Positions 17,798 to 27,222 of a DNA stretch of 32,000 nt are shown here, piece by piece. The stretch's first letter is position 1. Every line of letters starts with the position of its first letter. This DNA is from Pradoshia eiseniae (GTDB taxonomy: Bacteria > Bacillota > Bacilli > Bacillales > Pradoshiaceae), in the NCBI RefSeq assembly GCF_002946355.1, contig NZ_PKOZ01000009.1, forward strand, positions 61,190 through 93,189, written 5' to 3'. A model generated the notes under the pieces. The model did no database searches. It was given only the letters and a program-made list of their open reading frames with translations, and was not told where the DNA came from. The translations under genes and the position numbers were made by a program.

Positions 17798-17851
17798 GGG
17801 TCTGTTATTCTTAATTTGATTTATATTTTCTTGTTGATGAGTTATTTTTGT

Positions 17852-17876
17852 AACCTTGAAGATTTAGCACATAGTT
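17852..17876 (-). repeat. Palindromic intergenic motif, copy 4 (inverted orientation, most diverged)
   Basis: The reverse complement is AACTATGTGCTAAATCTTCAAGGTT, with three changes in the 21 nt core. It lies downstream of the ATPase gene. Confidence 0.75.
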
Positions 17877-17912
17877 GTTGTAGTTTGTTGTTGTTTTTTT
17901 ACATAGATAGAT

Positions 17913-17958
17913 AAAAAGAAAGCCTATCTTACGGTTAAATAAGATAGGCTTTCTATAC
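17913..17958. terminator. Bidirectional rho-independent terminator between convergent genes
   Basis: A 15 bp stem (AGAAAGCCTATCTTA / TAAGATAGGCTTTCT) is flanked by an A-run on one side and a T-rich tract on the other. Confidence 0.8.
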
Positions 17959-17974
17959 GATTTTATAAACGTCT

Positions 17975-19474
17975 TTAGACCATTGTTTGCTCCCTTAACG
18001 TATGCTTCAAGACTTTCCCGCTTGCGTTGCGAGGAAGCTCATCAATAAATGTGATGCTGTTTGGTACCTTATATTTAGCCAGGTTCTTTCTACAATGAAG
18101 AATAATTTCTTCTTCTGTCAGCTGCGTTGATCCCTTCAAAACGACGTAAGCCTTCGGAACTTCTCCGTATGTATCATGCGGGATGCCGACAACCGCCGCT
18201 TCAAGGATTCCCTCCATTTGATACAAAACTTCCTCCACTTCGACCGGGTACACATTTTCTCCGCCGCGAATGAGCATGTCCTTTTTCCTATCCACGATGT
18301 AAAGCAATCCGTCCTCATCCAGCCTTCCTAGATCTCCGCTATAGAGCCAGCCGTCTTTAAGTGCAGCCTCTGTTGCCTGCTTATTCTTCAAATAGCCTTT
18401 CATGATCTGTGGGCCTTTAACTAGGATTTCTCCGACCTCACCAGGTGCCGCATCTTGTCCGGTAGGATTGATAACACGTATTTCTGTATTAGGGAGAGGT
18501 TCGCCTACCGATCCTATTTTCTCTAAGGCATATTCATCCTTCAAAGTCGTTGCGCCTGGAGAGTTTTCAGTCTGCCCGTATAGATTTTGGAGCGACACAT
18601 CCGAATACCGGGTTTTCAGCTGTTTAACTAACTCATATGGCATAGGCGCTGCCCCATAGGCGAACAGGCGAAGATGGCTCAAATCCTTCTCTTTCATTAA
18701 TGGTGTATTCAAAAGCGTGCTGTAGATGGCAGGAACACCAAAGAATATCGTGACTTTTTCTTTCTCCATTGTGTTAAGGGTTTCCGCCGGTGAAAAGGTC
18801 TCCTCAATGATGACTGTTCCTCCCCGCTGTATCGTCGGGATGGAGAAACAATGGCTTGCTGCACAATGGAATAGCGGCGTCACGATATGCATCCGGTCAG
18901 ACGGAGTTATCTCAAGAGAACCCGCCCATATTTCTGCAATCGCCTCAACATTGCTAACCGAAAGCATGACACCTTTGGGCCTGCCTGTTGTCCCTGAAGT
19001 ATAGAATATAACCGCTGTATCCTCACCTTTTAACGATGGCGGCTCAAAATTGGGCTTTGTATCATGAAGCACAGCGGGAAGGGAATTCTCTCCTCCTATT
19101 TCCAGAACAGTTCGGAACGTATCCAAGCGAATATTCTGTAATCCAGGCTCAAGCCTTTTATCATATATAAGGGCCTTTGCCTCTGAGTGCTTGAGAATAT
19201 ACTCTACCTCAGGGGGAGCAAGCTTCGTATTGATCGGCAGAACAGGCAGTCCTGCCATCTGACAGGCATAATAGGCAATCAGGAAAGAATCTGAGTTAGG
19301 CAAATACAGTGCGATAATGTCGTCATTGGTAAAATGCTCTTTCTTCAGATAACCCGCCAGATTACAAGCCTTCTCGTAAAACTCTTCATAGCTCATTTCA
19401 TGACCTTGGAATGAGGTGATGATTCTCTCCGGGTGTTGAATCGCATGCTCCATTAATTGCTTAGATATATACAT
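17975..19474 (-). CDS. Acyl-CoA synthetase / AMP-dependent ligase (class I adenylate-forming enzyme)
   Basis: The AMP-binding motif is YTSGTTGRPKGV, with YGQTE and GWLYSGDLG..DEDG motifs and a C-terminal PRNASGKVLK. Confidence 0.9.
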   Translation of the reverse strand: MYISKQLMEHAIQHPERIITSFQGHEMSYEEFYEKACNLAGYLKKEHFTNDDIIALYLPNSDSFLIAYYACQMAGLPVLPINTKLAPPEVEYILKHSEAKALIYDKRLEPGLQNIRLDTFRTVLEIGGENSLPAVLHDTKPNFEPPSLKGEDTAVIFYTSGTTGRPKGVMLSVSNVEAIAEIWAGSLEITPSDRMHIVTPLFHCAASHCFSIPTIQRGGTVIIEETFSPAETLNTMEKEKVTIFFGVPAIYSTLLNTPLMKEKDLSHLRLFAYGAAPMPYELVKQLKTRYSDVSLQNLYGQTENSPGATTLKDEYALEKIGSVGEPLPNTEIRVINPTGQDAAPGEVGEILVKGPQIMKGYLKNKQATEAALKDGWLYSGDLGRLDEDGLLYIVDRKKDMLIRGGENVYPVEVEEVLYQMEGILEAAVVGIPHDTYGEVPKAYVVLKGSTQLTEEEIILHCRKNLAKYKVPNSITFIDELPRNASGKVLKHTLREQTMV

Positions 19475-19496
19475 CCTCCATTACCTCCAATGACTA

Positions 19497-21161
19497 TTAA
19501 TGTATAGACCCTTCCTTTAATAATCTTCTTAAGATTTTTCCGGTGCTCGTTGCTGGAAGCTCCCTTATGAATTCGATATGGCTTGGAGCCTTATAGACAG
19601 CCATTTTCACCCTTGCCCATGCTTTCAATTCATTGGCTGTTGGCTTATGGCTAATGCCAGGTCTTAAGACGACGAAGGCTTTGATAGCCTCTCCTTTTTG
19701 TCCGTCGGGCACGCCAATGACGGCGCTCTGCCAAATGGCGGGATGCTCGTTCAGCATTGCTTCCACATCCTCTGGAAATACGCTAAAACCAGAGGTCTTA
19801 ATCATTTCCTTGAGCCTTCCGTGGAAATAGAGATACCCTTCCTCATCCAGGCTGCCAATATCACCGGTTCGGACCCATCCATCTAATAGGCTCTCAGCTG
19901 TCGCTTGTTCATTCTTATAATAACCTTTGAATACAGCTGGATTCTTGACGAGTATCTCTCCCTTTTCTCCTGCAGGCAGGCGTTGACCTGTCACCGTGTC
20001 GATTATATTGATTTCTGTCTCATAAGTAGGTATACCGAAGCTTCCCCATTTCACCCTGTCCTTAGGCATGAAGGTATCACATGTATGAGTCTCGCTTAGC
20101 CCATAGGCCGCTTCATATAGCTGACATCCATTTGTCAGCTCGGCCCATTGTGCTGCGAGTTTCTCCGTGACAGAAGACCCAAAGCTTGTGGCCGGATTTT
20201 GCTTCAAGGATGATAGATCCTTAGCCTTCATTTCTTCAAGATTCATCATAGCTAGATTCATAGGGGCAGTGCTGTACCAATGAGAAATCTGATATTGCTC
20301 GATGGCTTGTGCTGCGGCGACGGCATCAAAACGGGTCAGCAGGACGCAGGATTCCCCGCAGTATATGGGCAAGTATACACCCATGACCATCCCGGCAATA
20401 TGGCAAAGCGGCGCAATTGACATATAGGATCCCTCTTCAAATTGATTCGCCGAAAATGTTGCCGCTGTTTTAAATAAACTGCTGCCATAGGTGAGCATAG
20501 CTGCCTTTGGACGACCAGTCGTTCCAGAGGTAAAGACCATCATCCCTATATCAGTCCATAAATCAACCTTCACAGTTTCTTTGAAGGGTGTGGCATAATA
20601 TAAAATTCGTTTAAAATCAATTGCATCGTGAATCGTATATTTTTTTGTAGTCAATTCTTGCGGTATGGGCAAGAGCGGTTTTTTGGGAAGAAAATCTGCA
20701 TAATGAGCGGTGATGATAAACTCGATGGATGGGATATGTGAGCGGATGGATTTCAATCTCGGAAATAGCTCTGTGCCAGCTATGATGGCCTTAGCCTCCA
20801 CTTCATTCAAGAGGTAAAGCAATTCAGCCTCCTTATACATCGGGTTTAACGGTACCACGATTGCGCCAATGCGCTGAATGGCATAATGAGCAATGATGTA
20901 TTGAGGACAGTTTTGCATATAGAGAGCGACTCTATCGCCTTTTGCAACGCGCTGGTTATGTAGGAATTGGGCAAAACAGTCAACGGAATAATCGAGCTCG
21001 CTATATGAAATCGGATTTCCATAAAAAAGATAGGCCGGTTTGTCAGGTCGGATGGCTGCATGCATTTTGAGGTATTCATGAATAGGCTTCTCGCCATGTA
21101 TATACATTAGGTCTGCTGGAACTCCATCAGGCCAGTATGGTTTTTCCTTTACATTTACCAT
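19497..21161 (-). CDS. Acyl-CoA synthetase (long/medium-chain fatty-acid-CoA ligase-like)
   Basis: It contains the motifs FTSGTTGRPKAA, YGLSE, GWVRTGDIGSLDEEG and TSTGKILRR. GGAGGT lies 8 nt before the ATG at 21161. The ORF-track start at 21233 would overlap the upstream gene and has no RBS. Confidence 0.9.
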   Translation of the reverse strand: MVNVKEKPYWPDGVPADLMYIHGEKPIHEYLKMHAAIRPDKPAYLFYGNPISYSELDYSVDCFAQFLHNQRVAKGDRVALYMQNCPQYIIAHYAIQRIGAIVVPLNPMYKEAELLYLLNEVEAKAIIAGTELFPRLKSIRSHIPSIEFIITAHYADFLPKKPLLPIPQELTTKKYTIHDAIDFKRILYYATPFKETVKVDLWTDIGMMVFTSGTTGRPKAAMLTYGSSLFKTAATFSANQFEEGSYMSIAPLCHIAGMVMGVYLPIYCGESCVLLTRFDAVAAAQAIEQYQISHWYSTAPMNLAMMNLEEMKAKDLSSLKQNPATSFGSSVTEKLAAQWAELTNGCQLYEAAYGLSETHTCDTFMPKDRVKWGSFGIPTYETEINIIDTVTGQRLPAGEKGEILVKNPAVFKGYYKNEQATAESLLDGWVRTGDIGSLDEEGYLYFHGRLKEMIKTSGFSVFPEDVEAMLNEHPAIWQSAVIGVPDGQKGEAIKAFVVLRPGISHKPTANELKAWARVKMAVYKAPSHIEFIRELPATSTGKILRRLLKEGSIH

Positions 21162-21184
21162 TATCGTTACCTCCATTCTTTGCT

Positions 21185-22828
21185 TTAGAGCTGGCCTATT
21201 ACCCGGCCGGCGGTTCGACCCGTAAATAAACATCCGCCGAGAAAGGTGCCTTCCAGTGAACGGTACCCATGAACCCCGCCGCCTCCGAAACCGGCTGCTT
21301 CACCAGCCGCATATAGTCCCGGAATAGGTTTTTGATGTGCATCCAGTACTCTAGCCTCCAAATCTGTTTGCAGCCCGCCTAATGTCTTCCTGCTGACAAT
21401 ATGCAATCTAACGGCAATCAAAGGTCCGTTCTTTGGATCAAGCAGCTTATGAGGTTTAGCTACTCTGATTAATTTATCACCGATGTACTTTCTTGCTCCC
21501 CGAATGGCGGACAGCTGTAAATCCTTCCCGAAGGAGTTCTCTATCTCGCGGTCACGTGCTTCAATTTGAGCACGAATGTCATCAACCTGAAGCAAATGCT
21601 CGCCTGTCAGCTCATTCATTCCTTCAACGAGCTCCTCTATCGTATTTTTGATGATAAAATCCTCTCCATGATCCAAAAAAGATTGAATGGGCTCTGGGGC
21701 ACCAGGCAGAGCGCGCTTCAGGATTTTCCCGATAGATTTGCCTGTCAAATCAGGATTTTGTTCTGAGCCGGATAAAGCAAATTCCTTCTCGATAATGCTT
21801 TTTGTCAGAATAAACCAGGAATAATCGTAGCCGGAGTCCTGAATCAGCTTTAAAGTACCGAGTGTATCAAATCCAGGCAGGCCTGGAATCGGAAAGCGCT
21901 TACCTTTTGCGTCAAACCACATGGATGATGGACCGGGAAGGATGCGTATACCATGATTTTCCCAGACAGAATTCCAATTATGAATTCCCTCCGTGTAATG
22001 CCACATACGGTCTCTATTCACGAGTCTTCCGCCTGCCTGTTCTGCTATGGCAAGCATTCTTCCGTCCACATGTGCCGGCACACCGGAGATCATCCTTTGA
22101 GGCGCTTTTCCAAGCCTTTTAGGCCAGTTTTGGCGTACCAGCTCATGATTGCCGCCAATGCCTCCGCTTGAGATAAGAATGGCATGACCAGTATACTCAA
22201 ATACGCCTATTGCTTTGCGGTTGCTGCGTTCGCCTCTTTTGGACGTGCAAGGAGCTAATATCGTTCCGCTGACACCGCAGACTCGTCCATCTGCTGTTAT
22301 CAAACGATCAACCTGATGCCGAGCTTTATAATCAATTAGCCCGCTTTGGATAAAATTGCGCACTTGTCTTTCAAACGGTGCCACAATGGCCGGACCAGTA
22401 CCCCAGACGATATGAAAACGAGGGACCGTATTGCCATGCCCATTCGCTAAATGACCTCCTCTTTCGGCCCAGCCGACAATCGGGAAAAAGCGGACACCCA
22501 TATCATGAAGCCATTGACGTTTCTCTTCGGCTGCAAAGTCAATATATGCTTTTGCCCACTGCATTCCCCATTCATCATCTTCACTGTCATAGCCGGCAGA
22601 GCCAACCCAATCCTGCCAGGCAAGCTCTTTCGAATCATGTATGCCCAGTCTGCGCTGCTCAGGTGAATCAATTAAAAAGAGACCGCCGAATGACCACCAG
22701 GCTTGTCCTCCTATGTTTGTTTCAGGTTCCTGGTCCAGGAGCAGAACTTTTTTTCCTGCCTTTGCTGCTTCACAAGCCGCGACCAAACCGGCAAGTCCCG
22801 CTCCAATGATTATGACTTCATCGTTCAT
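21185..22828 (-). CDS. FAD-binding dehydrogenase (COG3573 / KsdD-fumarate reductase flavoprotein-like)
   Basis: The N-terminal dinucleotide fold is VIIIGAGLAGLVAACEAAKAGKKVLLLDQE and the C-terminal segment is GLYAAGEAAGFGGGG, in a 547 aa protein. Confidence 0.8.
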   Translation of the reverse strand: MNDEVIIIGAGLAGLVAACEAAKAGKKVLLLDQEPETNIGGQAWWSFGGLFLIDSPEQRRLGIHDSKELAWQDWVGSAGYDSEDDEWGMQWAKAYIDFAAEEKRQWLHDMGVRFFPIVGWAERGGHLANGHGNTVPRFHIVWGTGPAIVAPFERQVRNFIQSGLIDYKARHQVDRLITADGRVCGVSGTILAPCTSKRGERSNRKAIGVFEYTGHAILISSGGIGGNHELVRQNWPKRLGKAPQRMISGVPAHVDGRMLAIAEQAGGRLVNRDRMWHYTEGIHNWNSVWENHGIRILPGPSSMWFDAKGKRFPIPGLPGFDTLGTLKLIQDSGYDYSWFILTKSIIEKEFALSGSEQNPDLTGKSIGKILKRALPGAPEPIQSFLDHGEDFIIKNTIEELVEGMNELTGEHLLQVDDIRAQIEARDREIENSFGKDLQLSAIRGARKYIGDKLIRVAKPHKLLDPKNGPLIAVRLHIVSRKTLGGLQTDLEARVLDAHQKPIPGLYAAGEAAGFGGGGVHGYRSLEGTFLGGCLFTGRTAGRVIGQL

Positions 22829-22890
22829 TGTCTAAGTCCAGCCTTTCCTCTGACATCTATGTATAGGTTCTTTATGCTGTTATTGATATA

Positions 22891-22931
22891 AGTATAGCCA
22901 CAAGCTAAAAAGCGGTCAATCAGTTGATTGA
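22891..22931 (-). promoter_or_regulatory. SigA promoter (TTGACC-N17-TATACT) with overlapping palindrome TCAATCA-GT-TGATTGA
   Basis: On the - strand, the -35 TTGACC is at 22919-22914 and the -10 TATACT is at 22896-22891. The 7 bp-arm palindrome at 22916-22931 overlaps the -35. The promoter lies upstream of the FAD dehydrogenase/ligase operon. Confidence 0.5.
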
Positions 22932-22972
22932 ATTATCTGACTGTTTTTCGGTCATCAATAGCTAATTTTGCG

Positions 22973-23260
22973 TTATTCAGGAAATATGGCCTGGTGCCTT
23001 GTATAAAAAGTCCCATATCGATAGAGAACCTTTACCTGCAGTTCCCTCTCTCCCATACAGAAATGATAGATCGTATTAGTCGGTTTGCGCTCTTTTTTGT
23101 ATGGGATGCTTAAATAAGTCGCTATATTTTCAATATACAGCTCCAGCTCGATTCTCAATATCATATTGGGTTTATTTTTCGAACTATTTAAAGCTAATTG
23201 ATGTTTTTTATATCTTTCAATACTGGTCAACAGCTCCTTTTCTTTTTGGGAATACGTCAA
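22973..23260 (-). CDS. Hypothetical 95 aa protein (weakly supported)
   Basis: This ORF is the only one that fills the gap. A strong AGGAGGG lies 16 nt upstream of the TTG start, which is too far. An in-frame ATT 8 nt after the RBS is an alternative start. I recognise no family. Confidence 0.3.
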   Translation of the reverse strand: MTYSQKEKELLTSIERYKKHQLALNSSKNKPNMILRIELELYIENIATYLSIPYKKERKPTNTIYHFCMGERELQVKVLYRYGTFYTRHQAIFPE

Positions 23261-23302
23261 TTTACTAATAGTTAATCCCTCCTATGCGTTTTCTTCAACC
23301 AA

Positions 23303-23345
23303 TAAAAAAAGTCAGAAAAGGTGCGGGAAGCATCCTTCTCTGACT
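23303..23345 (-). terminator. Rho-independent terminator of the DUF2294 gene
   Basis: A 12 bp stem with one mismatch (AGTCAGAAAAGG / CCTTCTCTGACT) is followed on the - strand by TTTTTTT (the A-run at 23304-23310 on +). Confidence 0.7.
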
Positions 23346-23465
23346 TATGACTGGTTCTATGCCCATTCATTGCCATCAGATATTTATTATTATCATTTAT
23401 CATATTTTACCATATTGTGAGTTATGATTCAATATATGAAGAATTTTCCCAACATACATAGACTC

Positions 23466-24146
23466 TCAAGAATCAAGGATTAATATAATGTAACTAGAAT
23501 CCTCTTCAAAATTCCAAAAGGTAAATTCATCTATCACTTTTCTGTTAAGATGGCCTTCAAAATGCTTTCTTCTCTCTTTCAATAGTGTCTTTTCTAGATT
23601 CCGTTTGGCAATCATCAGATTCTCCTTGAAACCAAGGCGTATGAATTCTTTTTCAATACGAATCAATATCCCTTTTCTGACCAGAATCAGCTGCCTTTTG
23701 TTCAGCATATGTGAATAAATTTCTTCTGGCTCCTTCTGAGCAATTTCACTGATTTCAATCATTTCTCTCTCAACGTTTTCTTTATTCGGATATGAAACGT
23801 GGTCGCATTGATGTCCATCCAAACGGATAATAAACATTCCTGTTAGGCAGTCAAGATTCCAATCATAGAAAAATTCTTTCACCTTTTGATTCATCGTTAA
23901 TTCTATGTAGGTAATAATGTCATTCATGAGTGTTTCCATAACGAGATCTCTTGTCTTATGAACATAGATGCTATTGTTATTCGCTATTAATGACTTCTCT
24001 ATCGGTGAAAGGAAGTTGGATAAATGAACTGCGAGAAAGGGATAGGACAATGTGGCTAACACATGACCAGGACCCCGGCCGAAGTTCTCGCGTAAGAGCC
24101 GGCCTATATAACTGCCAATATCTTTTTCAACGGCAATTTTATTCAT
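23466..24146 (-). CDS. Tandem DUF2294 (MpsC-like) domain protein
   Basis: The first repeat carries the family hallmark FGRGPGHV...LSPIEKSL. A second, more degenerate repeat occupies the C-terminal half. GAGGTG lies 4 nt before the ATG at 24146. Confidence 0.6.
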   Translation of the reverse strand: MNKIAVEKDIGSYIGRLLRENFGRGPGHVLATLSYPFLAVHLSNFLSPIEKSLIANNNSIYVHKTRDLVMETLMNDIITYIELTMNQKVKEFFYDWNLDCLTGMFIIRLDGHQCDHVSYPNKENVEREMIEISEIAQKEPEEIYSHMLNKRQLILVRKGILIRIEKEFIRLGFKENLMIAKRNLEKTLLKERRKHFEGHLNRKVIDEFTFWNFEEDSSYIILILDS

Positions 24147-24322
24147 GCTACACCTCAGACTGTGAGACTTTCTAAACATTTATCCCTAATTTATGGATTG
24201 AAACCTCTAAACATGGCACAATATTGGGAAAAATATCAGGGAAATTAGCCTAATAAGTAATAAATGGACGATTGCAGCAGGACTTTTTTTCCTATCTATA
24301 CTTAATATTTCTACATCGGCTG

Positions 24323-24370
24323 GAAAAAAGCCTGCTAATTAGTGCATAAGCACATCTTCAGCAGGCTTTT
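24323..24370 (-). terminator. Rho-independent terminator overlapping the 3' end of the LacI-family gene
   Basis: On the - strand, AAAAGCCTGCT ... AGCAGGCTTTT form a stem with an inner GTGCTTATGCAC hairpin, followed by TTTTTT. Confidence 0.55.
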
Positions 24371-25394
24371 CTTGTTTAATCGGGCGATGTGATTCCCGCT
24401 CAATGATTCTCGTCGGTATTAACACATTCTTTTCGATTGCTTGAGGATTGATGATAAGTTCAATCACATATCTTGCTGCTTCTGCCCCTAACTCATACGT
24501 ATGGATATCCATTGTTGTAAGGGAAGGGGTTGTATAGTCGGCGACCTCATAATTATTAAAGCAAACGATGGAGGCATCTTCCGGGATCCTCATATTCCTC
24601 TTGGTTAGAACGCCCGAAAGGATGATTGCATAATCAATATCAAGCGCTAAGAAAGCGGTGGGAGAATCCGGCAACGCAAATAGCTCATCAATAGCAATCA
24701 TCGCTTCCTTTCGGCTATAAGGCAATGGCTTTACATAGTCTGGTGAGAACTTGATTCCATGCGTATTAAGTGCTTCCTTATACCCTTTCAGCCGGTCACT
24801 GACAACATCATATTCTAGTACACCGCCAAAGAAGGCGATATGCTTATGACCGAGGAAGAGAAGGAATTCGGTCAAATCCTTTGCCGCCTTTTGGTTATCA
24901 TTATCGACATATGTGACTCCTGTGTAGTCCTGACCTGGATGGCCGACAACAACGAAGGGGAAATTCTTTTCCAGAAGGTAGCGAATCATTTTATCTCCTT
25001 TACGGGAATATAAAATAATCAATCCGTCCACCTGCCTTCCTTCAACCATCTGAATGACATCCTCATAAATAGCCGTCTCAGAATCTCCAGTCGTAATGGA
25101 GAGGCTATACCCTTCTTCCCTGCAATGGGAGCCAATCCCTCGCATGACTTCCTGAAAAAATGGGTTATGCAAGGAGTATCTGGCCGAATGCTTTAGGACA
25201 ATCCCAATCGTTTTTGTCTTCTTTGTGACGAGATTACGGGCATTCGCATTCAAATGATAACCGAGCTCTTTCATGACTTTCCTGACTTTCCGTTTGGTTT
25301 TATCACTGATGCTCGGATTGTCAGCAATCACTCTTGATACGGTGGAAGGTGCCACATTCGCTTTTTTGGCAACATCTTTTATCGTAACAGCCAT
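24339..25394 (-). CDS. LacI family transcriptional regulator
   Basis: The N-terminal HTH is MAVTIKDVAKKANVAPSTVSRVI, followed by a periplasmic-binding-protein-like core. AAGGTGGG lies 9 nt before the ATG at 25394. The longer ORF-track start overlaps the permease gene. Confidence 0.9.
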   Translation of the reverse strand: MAVTIKDVAKKANVAPSTVSRVIADNPSISDKTKRKVRKVMKELGYHLNANARNLVTKKTKTIGIVLKHSARYSLHNPFFQEVMRGIGSHCREEGYSLSITTGDSETAIYEDVIQMVEGRQVDGLIILYSRKGDKMIRYLLEKNFPFVVVGHPGQDYTGVTYVDNDNQKAAKDLTEFLLFLGHKHIAFFGGVLEYDVVSDRLKGYKEALNTHGIKFSPDYVKPLPYSRKEAMIAIDELFALPDSPTAFLALDIDYAIILSGVLTKRNMRIPEDASIVCFNNYEVADYTTPSLTTMDIHTYELGAEAARYVIELIINPQAIEKNVLIPTRIIERESHRPIKQEKPAEDVLMH

Positions 25395-25425
25395 GTAAAC
25401 AATCCCACCTTGTATTTTGATACGG

Positions 25426-26247
25426 TTATTTGACCGCTCCGTCAGAGATTCCTTTAATAATCTGTTTTTGAGCAAAGAAATACGCGACGATGACAGGAAT
25501 GATTGATAAAGTTAACCCAGCTAGAGCCAAATGCCATTGTTTCGTGTATTGGCCAAAGAAGTAAAATAGCTTGAGCGGGATGGTTTCTGTACCTGCCTCA
25601 CCCAATACGAGTGAAGGAAGCAAGTAGTCATTCCAAATCCAGATGACATTCAGGATGCCGACTGTTATGGACATTGGTTTCAGCAGCGGGAAAATAATAT
25701 ACCAAAACACTTGGAAACGGTTCGCTCCATCAATCTTTGCTGCTTCATCCAAGGATTGCGGGATGCCCTTTAACGTACCGTGATATAAAAAGATCGAGAG
25801 GCTGCATCCAAAACCGAGATACATGATAATCAGACCCGCTCGATTTAACATGCCAAATTGGCCAAATTGACTAATCAGCGGAATCATGACCGATTGGAAT
25901 GGAATAAGCATTGCTGCGACAAAGATAAAGAAGATTACAGAGCTAAGCTTACTTTTGTTTCTTGATAGCGCATAAGCTGCCATCGCGGAAAAGACGATGA
26001 TGATCCCTACACTCAAGCCTGAGATCACCAAAGAATTAAGCAAGGTCCGCAGAAAATCAAGCTGTTCAAAGGCCTGGATGAAGTTATCACTCGTAAATTC
26101 TTGCGGCAGGCCGAGCGTATCGGCAAAAATATCCCGTTTGCTCTTAAAGGCATTGACAATCATCAAGTAAAACGGGCTGAGCCATAATAAAGCGAGCAAG
26201 ATGCCGATGAGGCCAAGGATGCGCAGCTGCCATTTTTTCCTCTCCAT
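25426..26247 (-). CDS. Carbohydrate ABC transporter permease (CUT1, MalG-like)
   Basis: It is a 6-TM protein with an EAA-like loop (DEAAKIDGANRFQVFWYIIFPLLKP). Its ATG overlaps the upstream TAA by 1 nt (TAATG). Confidence 0.9.
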   Translation of the reverse strand: MERKKWQLRILGLIGILLALLWLSPFYLMIVNAFKSKRDIFADTLGLPQEFTSDNFIQAFEQLDFLRTLLNSLVISGLSVGIIIVFSAMAAYALSRNKSKLSSVIFFIFVAAMLIPFQSVMIPLISQFGQFGMLNRAGLIIMYLGFGCSLSIFLYHGTLKGIPQSLDEAAKIDGANRFQVFWYIIFPLLKPMSITVGILNVIWIWNDYLLPSLVLGEAGTETIPLKLFYFFGQYTKQWHLALAGLTLSIIPVIVAYFFAQKQIIKGISDGAVK

Positions 26248-27167
26248 TATAGTTCAACCTCCCTTTTCTTATTAAAGTAAACTTGCAGAAGCGATATGAT
26301 GGCCACGATAACGAAGAAAATGACAGCCTTTGATTGTGCATAGGCCATTTCATTGTCCGTAAAGGCGGAACGAATGATATTCATGGCGACCATTTCTGTC
26401 GAATTATATGGTGCCCCTCCTGTTAAGGAAAGGTTTTGATCGTAAATCTTAAAAGAATGGGACAATGTCAGGAATAAACTGACTGTGAAGGCTGGTGCAA
26501 CGAGCGGGAACGTGATATGCCGGAAGCGCTGGAATGCATTTGCCCCATCAATTTCGGCCGCTTCAAGCAAATCGCCTGGCACTGCTTGCAAATAGGCAAT
26601 ATAGATAATCATGATATAACCAGCCATTTGCCAGGCTGTCAAAATCACGAGACCCCAAAAACCGGTATCTGTCGTGGATAGCCAGCCGTTTAAGGACTCG
26701 ATCCCAAGAAGGTCCCCGATACTGCCAAAGACCTTAATGAAAATGAATTGCCATATGAACCCGAGAATCAATCCGCCAATCAGATTAGGCATGAAGAAGA
26801 CAGTCCGCAGGAAATTGCTTGATTTCAGTTTTGATGTCACAAGCAAAGCGAGTCCTAGACCGATAATATTAATGAGCACAATCGATGCGATAGAGAATTT
26901 CACCGTGAACCAAAATGCGCTTAAGAAAGCATTATCATTAAATAGATTGACATAATTCTCTAAACCAATGAAGTCCAGCCTGCCTAAACCATTCCAATTA
27001 GTGAAGGAATAATAGAATCCAAACAATAACGGAATAATTACGACAATAATGAGAGCGGCCAGAACAGGAGTCAGGAAAAGCCAAAACGCCAAATCACGAT
27101 TTCGAATGGGAAACGCCCCCTTTATGAATGTGTGAAAAGAAGACAACCGCGCCCCAAAAGCAGCCAA
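26247..27167 (-). CDS. Carbohydrate ABC transporter permease (CUT1, MalF-like); start uncertain
   Basis: The EAA loop is LEAAEIDGANAFQRFRHITFPLVAP. The TTG at 27167 lacks a convincing RBS, so the true start may be further downstream. Confidence 0.85.
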   Translation of the reverse strand: MAAFGARLSSFHTFIKGAFPIRNRDLAFWLFLTPVLAALIIVVIIPLLFGFYYSFTNWNGLGRLDFIGLENYVNLFNDNAFLSAFWFTVKFSIASIVLINIIGLGLALLVTSKLKSSNFLRTVFFMPNLIGGLILGFIWQFIFIKVFGSIGDLLGIESLNGWLSTTDTGFWGLVILTAWQMAGYIMIIYIAYLQAVPGDLLEAAEIDGANAFQRFRHITFPLVAPAFTVSLFLTLSHSFKIYDQNLSLTGGAPYNSTEMVAMNIIRSAFTDNEMAYAQSKAVIFFVIVAIISLLQVYFNKKREVEL

Positions 27168-27222
27168 GAGATTATCATCACTCTGCCTTTGGAGCGTCTG
27201 GCTGTCTTCTTAGATGAAATGA

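Noticed and set aside
18136-19004. ORFs overlapping the first acyl-CoA synthetase gene (a same-strand - strand ORF at 18136..18318 in another frame, and antisense + strand ORFs at 18402..18659 and 18726..19004)
   Set aside because: All three lie inside a gene that carries the full set of adenylate-forming enzyme motifs. They have no independent start signals.
21566-22891. Cluster of + strand ORFs (61-143 aa) opposite the FAD dehydrogenase gene
   Set aside because: They are antisense to a well-supported 547 aa flavoprotein gene. The relatively GC-richer DNA gives long spurious open frames, and none has an RBS.
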